From: a virus
Direction: 5' to 3' (one strand)
Length of the DNA stretch: 64,000 nt
IMG/VR virus record: IMGVR_UViG_3300046673_000306
Span: 32,001-96,000 of that record
Below the pieces are notes generated by a model. That model was not told the DNA's origin. It was given only the letters and a program-made list of their open reading frames with translations, and made no database searches. Position 1 is the first letter of the stretch, and the number at the start of each line of letters is the position of its first letter. Position numbers and translations under genes: made by a program. Positions 56,109 through 64,000 of this stretch are shown piece by piece.

Positions 56109-57469
56109 CAGATGGCCTCCTCTGAGTAGGCGACGCTCTGGTTCGGGGTCGCGACACCGTAGATCGCGCCCGTGCAGTAGAGGGCGAGTGGGTACCCAGC
56201 CAGGCCCTGTAGGAGCTGGCCCGTGGTCGTGGTGACGGCGCTGCCCCCGATGAAGACATTGGTGGTCCCGAGGTTGGTGATGACGATGCGCTTGCGGCTG
56301 GTGTTCGCGGCGATGATAAGCGTCGGCGTGTTCCCGACCGAGACCTGGTTCGTGTTCAGAGTCGAGGCCCGCTGCGTCGTCACGACCGCAGCCGGGTCCG
56401 TCGCCGCCGCTGGCGTGCTCGCGGGCTTGATGACCATGGTCTGGACCGCCAGCGGGTTCGAGGTGTCGCATAACCTCAGGGGGTTGGCGATGTAGAAGAG
56501 CGTGGGGTTGCTCGAGACCAGGCAGGATACGGTCGCGGTCCCGGTTATGGCGGCGATGGCCCTGACCCGGATATAGGACTTGCCCCCGACATTGGCCGCA
56601 CCGAAGATGTTGGCCGTGAACGAGGACGCGAATATCGCGGTCCCACCGACGTGGAGGGATCGGGTGACCCAGGTCGTGCCATCCCCTGAGACTTCCACTT
56701 GCAGGGTCCCGGTCCAGGTCCCCGTGATCTCCAATTGAGTGGTTTCGCACGAGGGCATCGCGAATGTGGCCGCGCTCCCCGCAGTTGGGGTCCCGGAGTA
56801 CCAGGTCTGGCCGTCCGCGACTACGGTCGAGGTCGACCCCGTGTCCTGGACCGTTATAGTCTGCGAAGCCAGGGCGACGTCGGCCTGGGTATTCGCTGTC
56901 ACCGTCCCCGAGACCGGCTGACTGGCCGGGAAATTAGAGACTGCCACGGTCCCAGACACGGGCAGTGCCGTCTGATTAGAGGCAATAACCACGGGCAGGG
57001 ACGCGGCCATCGCGGCCTGGCCCAGGGCTATGGGAGCGCCACCGACCTCTGCCAGGTTCTCGCTGACGTCGAACGAGCCTCCGGCGATCGTGACCGGGAT
57101 CGCGGCCTGCGTCGCGCTGACGGTCACGACCTGGGCGTTCACGGCGCCCACGGGGATGATCGATCCCAGGGTTCCGCTCGCCCCGTCCTTCAGGGTGACG
57201 GCCCCGACCGAGATCGAGCCGCTGAATGTGGCGTCGACCGAGAGCTGACCGTCGACCCAGTTTACGGGCTTGAACTGGCTGCTCAGGGGGTCGTAGGCGA
57301 AGACCTGCACGTGCTTGGGGTTGTCTGAGCCCTCAGGCAGGGGCAGGGGCACGTTGGGGGTGTTCACATTGGACGGGGCCGTCGGGGTGAACTGCGTCGG
57401 CACCTGTTTGGGAACGCCGTCGTAGTCCCCGGGTGCGAAGAACGGTGCTGGCAGCGAATCCGTAGGCAT
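56108..57469 (-). CDS. Virion structural protein (beta-rich)
   Basis: GQAAMAASLPVVIASNQ and QPVSGTV repeats; TWTGTLQVEVSGDG; C-terminal R...I.N.G...VFIG domain. Confidence 0.7.
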   Translation of the reverse strand: MPTDSLPAPFFAPGDYDGVPKQVPTQFTPTAPSNVNTPNVPLPLPEGSDNPKHVQVFAYDPLSSQFKPVNWVDGQLSVDATFSGSISVGAVTLKDGASGTLGSIIPVGAVNAQVVTVSATQAAIPVTIAGGSFDVSENLAEVGGAPIALGQAAMAASLPVVIASNQTALPVSGTVAVSNFPASQPVSGTVTANTQADVALASQTITVQDTGSTSTVVADGQTWYSGTPTAGSAATFAMPSCETTQLEITGTWTGTLQVEVSGDGTTWVTRSLHVGGTAIFASSFTANIFGAANVGGKSYIRVRAIAAITGTATVSCLVSSNPTLFYIANPLRLCDTSNPLAVQTMVIKPASTPAAATDPAAVVTTQRASTLNTNQVSVGNTPTLIIAANTSRKRIVITNLGTTNVFIGGSAVTTTTGQLLQGLAGYPLALYCTGAIYGVATPNQSVAYSEEAI

Positions 57470-57488
57470 GTGAACACCCCCTATGCGT

Positions 57489-58091
57489 CTATTCGATGAT
57501 CCCGGACTCGACTCCGGCCCTGCGGACGATCCCGGCCCCGACTGTGGCTGTGGCCGTGGCCGCCTCAGGCGCGCCGTTGACACTGCCGCTGCGGATCAGC
57601 TCCGTCGGCTTCGCCGAGGTCTCCTCGGAACCAGGGATCAGCTCCCCGGAGTCCGTGCGGTTTCCCAGGAGGATGTCGGCGCGGAGCTTGGCCGCCTTCG
57701 CGATCTCCGGGTCCTTGTTGGCCATCCAGTCTTCCAGAGCGCTCATGCTCGATGAGTCGCTGATGTCGCGGATCAGGTTCTGCCTGATCCGGTCCTGCAT
57801 CTCGGCCTGGGTCGGCATACCGGTGTTCACCGGCGCCGGGCCCTTGGCCGCTCCTTCCCCGATGTCCAGGAGATGGCCCGTCCTGATCAGGGACGCGATC
57901 TCGTGCGCAGCGTCCACGACCTGGGATTTGCGGAAAGCCGTCCTCAAATCCAGAACCTGCCCGGGTCCTATCTCGATGCCGTTGAGCATCGACAGAACGA
58001 TCTTCGAGTTCCTCGTCGCGTTCTTGATCACCGTATAGACCCGGCCCTCGTTGTCCCAACCGTCCGATCCCGCTGATGTCGGCATGTTCAT
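57489..58091 (-). CDS. Hypothetical protein downstream of the major capsid gene
   Basis: AAGGAGG SD; 200 aa. Confidence 0.75.
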   Translation of the reverse strand: MNMPTSAGSDGWDNEGRVYTVIKNATRNSKIVLSMLNGIEIGPGQVLDLRTAFRKSQVVDAAHEIASLIRTGHLLDIGEGAAKGPAPVNTGMPTQAEMQDRIRQNLIRDISDSSSMSALEDWMANKDPEIAKAAKLRADILLGNRTDSGELIPGSEETSAKPTELIRSGSVNGAPEAATATATVGAGIVRRAGVESGIIE

Positions 58092-58171
58092 GCCCTCCTT
58101 GAATTTTTTTGTTGTAAGTTGACTTTCGCCGGGGTGTCTCCCCTATCCACTGCCTCACGTTTGCGGACTTT

Positions 58172-58199
58172 GCCCGGGGCCCCTCGCGGGGCCCCGGGC
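58172..58199 (-). terminator. 12-bp GC hairpin (GCGA loop) after the major capsid gene
   Basis: GCCCGGGGCCCC-GCGA-GGGGCCCCGGGC; no U-tract on the sense strand. Confidence 0.6.
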
Positions 58200-58216
58200 T
58201 TTTCAACCGCCCTCGT

Positions 58217-59098
58217 TTAGAACGGAACGAAGGTGGGTTTGCCCGTGACGTTGATCCGGGAGCAGGCGCGGGGGTTGACCACCGCGATTCCCAGTTCCTC
58301 GTACACGACCCAGCCCAGGCGCAGGCGCTCGGGCTTGTCCGCAGGGATGACGTTGACGTCCTGGCGGATCGGGATCACGCCCGTGAACTCGGGCTCGGCG
58401 ATGACCCAGATGGTCCCGCGCGGCACGATCTTGGAGACCAGGATATCCAGGGTCCAGAGGTGGCCGACGAGGCCGGTCTGGAGGACTTCCCGCTGGGTCA
58501 CGGGATCGAACTGATCCCGCCCGAACTTCATGAGGTCGGAGTACTCGGAGAAGTTCATGACGAACTTCCCGGGCACGAGGTCCCATTTCCCGATCTCAGC
58601 GAGGCCGCTGACCAGAGCGTCTCGGGTCAACTGGTTGGCCACGGTCGTCTCGGGGTTCAGCAGGTTGCTGGACCGATCGATGGCGTTGAAGACGTTCCGG
58701 TCTTCCTCGGCCATCAGATCGAGCTTCGCGCGCTGCTGGGCGCGGTCGATCAGGTTGTAGCGGCGCTCCTTGACCTGACTGAACCGCACCTGGGGGTAAG
58801 ACACGATCTCCCAGGTCCCGACGGTGATGCGCTCGCCCTCCACGATCGAGTCCGGCGCGGAGCCGCGCTTGGAGACCACGATCACGGGGATTTTCACGTC
58901 CTTGTCGTAAACCGGCAAGGCGCCCTGAGGCAGGGGGTCCACGACGAGGAGCTTCCGTCCGATGCCTTGATAGTCCAAGGACAAGCGGATCGGGTTGGCC
59001 ATGCTGCTGGCCAGCGCCATGCGACCGGCTTCGGTCTTCAGCGCTTCCTCGATCAGGAACTCCTTCTGCTCGGGGGTCATCGTTGCTTGTGCGTTCAT
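58217..59098 (-). CDS. Major capsid protein (HK97 fold)
   Basis: GRMALASSMANPIR..LDYQGIGRKLLVVDPLPQGALPVYDKD...AEED...GWVVYEELGIAVVNP; strong SD. Confidence 0.88.
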   Translation of the reverse strand: MNAQATMTPEQKEFLIEEALKTEAGRMALASSMANPIRLSLDYQGIGRKLLVVDPLPQGALPVYDKDVKIPVIVVSKRGSAPDSIVEGERITVGTWEIVSYPQVRFSQVKERRYNLIDRAQQRAKLDLMAEEDRNVFNAIDRSSNLLNPETTVANQLTRDALVSGLAEIGKWDLVPGKFVMNFSEYSDLMKFGRDQFDPVTQREVLQTGLVGHLWTLDILVSKIVPRGTIWVIAEPEFTGVIPIRQDVNVIPADKPERLRLGWVVYEELGIAVVNPRACSRINVTGKPTFVPF

Positions 59099-59194
59099 GC
59101 TGACCTCCTCCTTCGATGCGCGGGCCACTGGCCGTCCGGGCCCGTCGCGGTGCGACGTCTGCGTCTGCGGCGTGAGACTCGTCTCAGGTCAGCT

Positions 59195-59752
59195 CTAGCT
59201 GACCTGCCAGTGGAATCCCAGGAGCACGCCGTTGGCCAGGTCCGGGACCTGGAAGACGTGCCCGACCCTCTTCCCCGTGCTGGTGATCGGGGGTCCGGCG
59301 CTGTAGCCTGCGGCCTTGGTCAGGTCGATGGTCAGCAGACCCCGCACCGGATCGGCGACGCCGGAGCCAGCCACGACGTAGAGGTCCATGCCCACGAGGT
59401 ACGGAGCGTTGGCCGGAGTCAGGTCGAACTGGTCCGTGAAGTAGTCCCCGAAGAAGGCGTAGTACGTCACCTTCCCGGACTTCAGCGTGTCGATGAAGGA
59501 ATCCGCGAAGATTCCCTCGGGCTGCGTGCCATCGGAGATGGTCACAGCCAAAGTCCCGTCGGTCTCGGCCACGAGCTGGGCGATCTTGCCCGCCGCGAAG
59601 CCGAGTTCCTGCTCGCCGTAGGGCTTCTGCAAGCCCAGGGCCGAGGCCCCGAGCAGCTCGGCGGTCACGCCGCCGAACGCAGCTTCCACTCCGGAGAACA
59701 GCTTCTTGTCACCGATCGGAACGCCCTCGTACATCCCTTGCGTTCTGAGCAT
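59195..59752 (-). CDS. Capsid decoration/cement protein (putative)
   Basis: Directly upstream of MCP; SGKVT.....Y.TDQFD....Y..G..LY. Confidence 0.7.
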   Translation of the reverse strand: MLRTQGMYEGVPIGDKKLFSGVEAAFGGVTAELLGASALGLQKPYGEQELGFAAGKIAQLVAETDGTLAVTISDGTQPEGIFADSFIDTLKSGKVTYYAFFGDYFTDQFDLTPANAPYLVGMDLYVVAGSGVADPVRGLLTIDLTKAAGYSAGPPITSTGKRVGHVFQVPDLANGVLLGFHWQVS

Positions 59753-59821
59753 TTCCGTTCCTCCTTACTCAGGCGTTGCCGCGCACTGTGCCGTCGGCGG
59801 CTTCCGCCCTATATCTCTCGC

Positions 59822-62776
59822 TTACGCCTCTGCCTTGGGAGTCGGCGGCACGCGCCACAGCGATCCCAGCTGCTCCTGCAACCCGCCGGTGCTGACGCTG
59901 CTGGCGGGGAGCACGGTCGCGGTCTTGAGGCCGCCACCGGCGGCGGCCATGCGGATCAGGTCCCGGGCCGTGGTCTTGCCCGCCTCCTTCTTCTCGCCGT
60001 CCTTGCCCTCCTCCTTCTTGTCCTCGGGCTTGGGCGCCGCAACCTTGTTCATGTTCTGCACGATCTCCGCCGTGGCCGAGAACGAGGTCTCGTCCCCGAC
60101 CATGAGCTTGTCGATGAACGAGGCCTTCTTGTCCTCGTTGAGCAGGCCCTTGTCGATGGCGACGTCGGCCAGGGCCAGGGCCCTGGTCGCCTTCGCCCGC
60201 ATCTCCATGTCCTTCTGGAGCGCGTCGCTGCGGTGCTCCTGGGCGGCCACGGTCTTCTTGAGCGCGGCCAACTCCTTGGCCATCGCCTGCCGCTGCTCGT
60301 ACTGCTTCACCAGCTCCCGGGCGAACTCGGCGCTGCCGTAGGCCTTGGTGTAGAAGGCCAGTAGGTCCTTGCCCTCCAGACCGGGGTTGTCCGCCGGTCC
60401 CGAGGTCAGGGCCTTCTCCGGGGCAGCGGGGCGCGAGGTCTGGTACTCGTTGAAGGCGCCGGAGGAACCGGCAGCCTGCCGGACCATGGGCGAGACCCCG
60501 AGGAGCCTCGCGGTCTTGGCCAGGCCCTCGTACTTGACCGAGGCCAGCAGCTTCTTGCCGTAATCCCGGGTCGCGAACCAGGCGAAGGCTTCCGCCTGCT
60601 TCTGGGCGGTCTTTACCGGGTACGCGTCCGCAGCGCAGAGCTTGAGCACGGTCTCGCCGTTGCGCAGGACCTCCCAGTAGGAGGCCAGGACGTCGGCCTT
60701 GGCGGAGTCGGCCTTGGACGCGACCTTGAGGAACTGGGCCTTCCACTCGGAGCCCTTGCGGAGTTCGTTGATCTGGGCGCGCCGAGTCCCGGCGTCGAGC
60801 TTGGTGTTGCTCGCGATCATCTCCACGGCCTCGTCCTCGGCCCCGAAGTCCATCGGGCCCTTGGCCCCGGGCAGACCCTCTCCAACCTCGGGCTTGGACG
60901 GGCCCTTCTTGTCCTCGGCTTCGGCCCCGCCCTCGGCCTTCTCCTCCGCCTTCTCGCCCTTCTCCTTCTTCTTCGCGAGTTCGGGGTGGCCCATCTCCTT
61001 GAGGAGCTTGATGATGGTCTGCTCCATGTCTTCGACGGTCTCGCCCAGGGCCTCAAGGAGGTCCAGGGTCTGATCGGCGGCGCCGGTGCCGTGGGGCTTG
61101 TCCTTGGACGACTTCACCTCCTCGTGGGAGTCCTCGGCCATCTCATTGATGTCGGGGAGGACGGCGGCGATGACGGCGAGGCGGTCCAGGGTATTGGCCA
61201 TGGCCTCGGCGAAGGGCAGGCCCGTGCGGACGCCGGAGGCCTTGGCCAGCTCCTTCTCCCCCTTCTCGATCTGGGAGTTGAGGTTGTTCAGCTTCTCCTC
61301 GGAGCCCTTGTCCTCGGAGGTGATGCCTTTTAGCGCGGTCTTCCACTCGTTGACCTGCTTCCGGAGTTCGTCCCGGCCCTCGGCCTTCTGGAGCTTGCCC
61401 TCGTAGCCGGTGTCGGCGGCGGTCTTGACGGGACCGTACGCGGCCCAGAGGCGGCTCATCATCGGGCTGAACGGGTGCGTATCGTTCTTACGCTGGGCGT
61501 GCTCGGTGCTGATCTCGCCCTTGGTCTTCCCCGCCGCGCCCGCGAAGTCCATGTCGCTGGCCTCGTCCTTGTTGTAGTGGCGGCGCTTCAGGTGCAGCCG
61601 CAGCGCGACGTCGTCGGAGGCGATGACGTCCTGGAGCGCGGCGACGCGGGTGATGAGTTCGCGCTTCATCAGCGCGAGCGTCGGCAGCTTCTCCTGGAGT
61701 TCCTTGTTGATGGGGCGGTCCGTCGCGGGCTCCTTCTCGAAGCGGCGCTCGTCGGCCTTGTTCTTCTTCCAGTAGGACTCGGCCTCCTCGTCGCGGTTGT
61801 CCTCGTCGCGCTTGTAGCGCTGCTTGTTCTCGGGCATCGGCGCCACGGGCCGGTCCTTCTTCTCGGCGGTGACGGCGGCGGCCTTCTCCGTGCCGCCGTC
61901 GCCCATGGAGGCTGCGCCTTCCTTGGGGTCCTGGGCCGCGCCGTCACCGGCGGGGTCGATCAGGGCGCCCTCGACTTTGGCGCGCCGGGACATCTCGGCC
62001 TTGATCGCGGCGACCACGTCCCTGCGCGAGGTCCTGCCGGAGAGGGACGCGCCCTTCTCGGCGCCGCCGTCGCCCAGGGTCTTGGCCGACTGCTGGGGGT
62101 TCTTGGCCGGGTCTCCGGAGACCTTGCCCTGGCCGCCGTCCTCGGTCTTGCCCGCACCGGGGTGCTCGCCGACTTCGGTCGCGGCCTTCCTGATCTTCTC
62201 GGCTCCGGAGAGCACGGCCTGGGCCCGGGCCACGATCTGGTCGACCTCGGCGCTGGCGTGCAGGGACTTGTAGGGGTCGGTGGTCCCGACCTGGGACTCG
62301 ACCTGGGTCTCGACCGCCTTCTCGATGGCGGGGTGCTGCTTGCTGCTCAGCATCTCGGCCTGGGTCTTCTCGACGCTGCCCAGGGCTCCATCATTGGACT
62401 TGTCCTGGGAGACTTCCTGGCCGGGGAGGCCCTCGACGGCGGCGGTCACGGCCCCGGCGATCGTCGCGGGGATCGCGGAGTCCCCGTTGTGGGGGTCGTT
62501 GGCGCGGGCCAGCGCCATGAGATCGGTTGCGGGCACGTCCTGCCGGGCCGCAGCGGCGGCCATCGCCTTCACGTCCACGAGCTTCCCGTCCCGGACTTCT
62601 CCGGGAGCGTTCGAGGCCTGGCTTCGCGTCACTTTCATGGTGTTGTCCCCCACAGTATTTTCTTGGCCGCTGGCTGCGGTCGCATCGGGGTTGCCCCCAA
62701 ATTTGGCCTGGATGATCTTGTTGAGCATCCCGGACTTTTCGGCGATGACCTGGTGCAGCGGCTTCTCGTCCTTCAT
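59822..62776 (-). CDS. Large charged coiled-coil protein, putative scaffold/internal head protein
   Basis: Between protease and capsid genes; K/E/A-rich; GGAGGAG SD. Confidence 0.65.
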   Translation of the reverse strand: MKDEKPLHQVIAEKSGMLNKIIQAKFGGNPDATAASGQENTVGDNTMKVTRSQASNAPGEVRDGKLVDVKAMAAAAARQDVPATDLMALARANDPHNGDSAIPATIAGAVTAAVEGLPGQEVSQDKSNDGALGSVEKTQAEMLSSKQHPAIEKAVETQVESQVGTTDPYKSLHASAEVDQIVARAQAVLSGAEKIRKAATEVGEHPGAGKTEDGGQGKVSGDPAKNPQQSAKTLGDGGAEKGASLSGRTSRRDVVAAIKAEMSRRAKVEGALIDPAGDGAAQDPKEGAASMGDGGTEKAAAVTAEKKDRPVAPMPENKQRYKRDEDNRDEEAESYWKKNKADERRFEKEPATDRPINKELQEKLPTLALMKRELITRVAALQDVIASDDVALRLHLKRRHYNKDEASDMDFAGAAGKTKGEISTEHAQRKNDTHPFSPMMSRLWAAYGPVKTAADTGYEGKLQKAEGRDELRKQVNEWKTALKGITSEDKGSEEKLNNLNSQIEKGEKELAKASGVRTGLPFAEAMANTLDRLAVIAAVLPDINEMAEDSHEEVKSSKDKPHGTGAADQTLDLLEALGETVEDMEQTIIKLLKEMGHPELAKKKEKGEKAEEKAEGGAEAEDKKGPSKPEVGEGLPGAKGPMDFGAEDEAVEMIASNTKLDAGTRRAQINELRKGSEWKAQFLKVASKADSAKADVLASYWEVLRNGETVLKLCAADAYPVKTAQKQAEAFAWFATRDYGKKLLASVKYEGLAKTARLLGVSPMVRQAAGSSGAFNEYQTSRPAAPEKALTSGPADNPGLEGKDLLAFYTKAYGSAEFARELVKQYEQRQAMAKELAALKKTVAAQEHRSDALQKDMEMRAKATRALALADVAIDKGLLNEDKKASFIDKLMVGDETSFSATAEIVQNMNKVAAPKPEDKKEEGKDGEKKEAGKTTARDLIRMAAAGGGLKTATVLPASSVSTGGLQEQLGSLWRVPPTPKAEA

Positions 62777-62789
62777 CTGCTCCTCCCTC

Positions 62790-62855
62790 AAAACAAAAAG
62801 CCAGCAACCTTGCGTGGTTGCTGGCTTGCTGGCTTGCTGGCTTGACCTTTCGGTC
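62790..62855 (-). promoter_or_regulatory. Terminator/attenuator-like leader with triple AGCCAGCA repeat
   Basis: 11-bp stem 62799-62809/62816-62826 plus U-tract just before the SD; GACC-GAAA-GGTC hairpin. Confidence 0.6.
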
Positions 62856-62918
62856 TCGCGCGCTCGCTGACTCGCTCGCGGGCGCCCTTGCCTAAGGGGC
62901 TACGACGGCGGTGTCATC

Positions 62919-63080
62919 TTACATAGCTTTGTTCAGGTATAGACCGCTGGTCTTCGGCGCAAAATTCATGGTGTAGACCTTGGACTCCCCGTTGGGGAGC
63001 CGCAGCGTTATCGTCTTCGGCAGATCGTAGATGTTGAGCACGATCTCGGTATTTTGGTCCTTGGCCACTTCCTCTGCCAT
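62919..63080 (-). CDS. 53-aa ORF MAEEVAKDQNTEIVLNIYDLPKTITLRLPNGESKVYTMNFAPKTSGLYLNKAM (not in the ORF track)
   Basis: Translated by hand; GC-rich codon usage; fills the gap. Confidence 0.55.
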   Translation of the reverse strand: MAEEVAKDQNTEIVLNIYDLPKTITLRLPNGESKVYTMNFAPKTSGLYLNKAM

Positions 63081-63110
63081 ATTATGTATCAAGTCCTCAA
63101 TTTAGTCAAG

Positions 63111-63998
63111 CTACGCCAGGATGGCCTGCGCGATCCCCATGTCCAGGAGGTTGCTCACCTTCTGCCAGTCGCAGAGGCAGTTCTTGTTCAGCTCGGACTC
63201 GGCCTCGGCCAATATCTCGGCCATGCGCGCCTGGCCCTTGACCTTGCGCAGCGCCGCGATCTTCTCCAGGTGCTTGGCCTTGGTGTCGGCGCCGACGGTG
63301 ACCCACGACTCCTCGATGAACTCGACGCCGCGATTGTCCTCGGCGGCGAGCACGTTCTTCCACCCGGTCTCGGGGCCGCTGTACTGCTGCCCCTTCCAGT
63401 TCTTGACATGGGGGCAGTACTCGGCCTCGTTGTGGGCGACGTTCGCGCAGATCGTGCAGATGGAGTAGGCGACGCGGCAGTTGTGGACGGCCATGCCGTT
63501 GGCCACGAAGGACTCGTCGCCTTCCACTTGAAGGTCGACGACTGGTCCGTAGTACTTGACGATCTCTTTGGACTTGATCGGTGTCCAGATGCACCCGTCC
63601 TGGATGAATTTGTTGTGGTGCGGCCTCTTGGGCTCCACTATGGAAACCTTAGAGACCGAAGAGAGCTTCTGGGAATAGGTGCATCCCACGGCGACCTGGA
63701 ACTCCACGGTGTCCTTCCTCACGACGGAGTTCTTGGAGGGCTTGTGCTTCAAGACCTGGATGTTCGCGATGATCCCGCAGCGCGCGAAGATGGACTGGGC
63801 CTGACGCGCTAGGACCTCGGAGGAGGTTGAGTAATAGACCATCCCCGTCTTGGTCTGGAAGCCGTCGCCATTGATCATGGCTCCGAGCATCTCCATCTGG
63901 ACGGAGGGGTCCCAGAGGGTGACCTCGTTGGACAGTGACTTGGTCTTGGCGCCCCGGCCCGCATGGTCCGTGAAGACCTTGGGCCAAACGCGATCGTG
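63111..63998 (-). CDS. Prohead protease-like protein with intein (5'-partial)
   Basis: C-extein CRVAYSICTICAN......CPH...E.N..VEFIE.SWV...AD; open to the window edge; head-module position. Confidence 0.7.
   Translation of the reverse strand, partial: HDRVWPKVFTDHAGRGAKTKSLSNEVTLWDPSVQMEMLGAMINGDGFQTKTGMVYYSTSSEVLARQAQSIFARCGIIANIQVLKHKPSKNSVVRKDTVEFQVAVGCTYSQKLSSVSKVSIVEPKRPHHNKFIQDGCIWTPIKSKEIVKYYGPVVDLQVEGDESFVANGMAVHNCRVAYSICTICANVAHNEAEYCPHVKNWKGQQYSGPETGWKNVLAAEDNRGVEFIEESWVTVGADTKAKHLEKIAALRKVKGQARMAEILAEAESELNKNCLCDWQKVSNLLDMGIAQAILA
63480..63998 (-). mobile_element. Intein C-terminal part with LAGLIDADG motif (partial)
   Basis: LGAMINGDG; YGPVVDLQVEGDESFVANGMAVHN followed by Cys. 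Confidence 0.92.
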
Positions 63999-64000
63999 GA

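Noticed and set aside
44440-58125. Late-promoter motif TTACRACA upstream of 44439 and 58091
   Set aside because: Only two short matches; not distinguishable from chance without a motif search
45077-60364. Long plus-strand ORFs (e.g. 45077-46864, 49160-50506, 58460-60364)
   Set aside because: Antisense shadows of GC-rich structural genes with no motifs or SDs
1-64000. Stop-codon reassignment
   Set aside because: Genes are full length and densely packed in code 11; TAA, TAG and TGA all end genes

Overview
64 kb internal fragment of a large, GC-rich, contractile-tailed (myovirus-like) dsDNA phage that uses the standard genetic code and probably infects a diderm host. No tRNA, rRNA, CRISPR array, integrase, terminase or portal is visible. 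(1) 1-11.2 kb (+): DNA metabolism cluster with an LPP20-like lipoprotein, an intein-containing SNF2 helicase, a Cys-less Rrf2 regulator, a DinG/YoaA Fe-S helicase ending in an SSB-tail-like 'EEIPF', and a RuvC-like resolvase. A 1341-bp tnpB-only element with imperfect terminal inverted repeats and an 8-bp target-site duplication is inserted between the resolvase's Shine-Dalgarno sequence and its ATG. (2) 11.2-20.2 kb: two divergent arrays of small early-type ORFs driven by a repeated sigma70 promoter that appears to give leaderless mRNAs; the right array ends in a bacterial-type histone. (3) 20.2-64 kb (-): a late operon. In transcription order: intein-containing prohead protease (cut by the window edge), 984-aa scaffold-like protein, decoration protein, HK97-fold major capsid, head fibres (one with a perfect 227-bp internal repeat), neck, sheath, tube, -1 frameshifted tail chaperones, tape measure, baseplate, FN3-repeat protein, tail fibre, a duplicated/chimeric tail-tip + endolysin cassette, holin, an unusual spanin-like protein and a catalytically dead amidase. 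All family calls come from reading motifs by eye, not from database searches.
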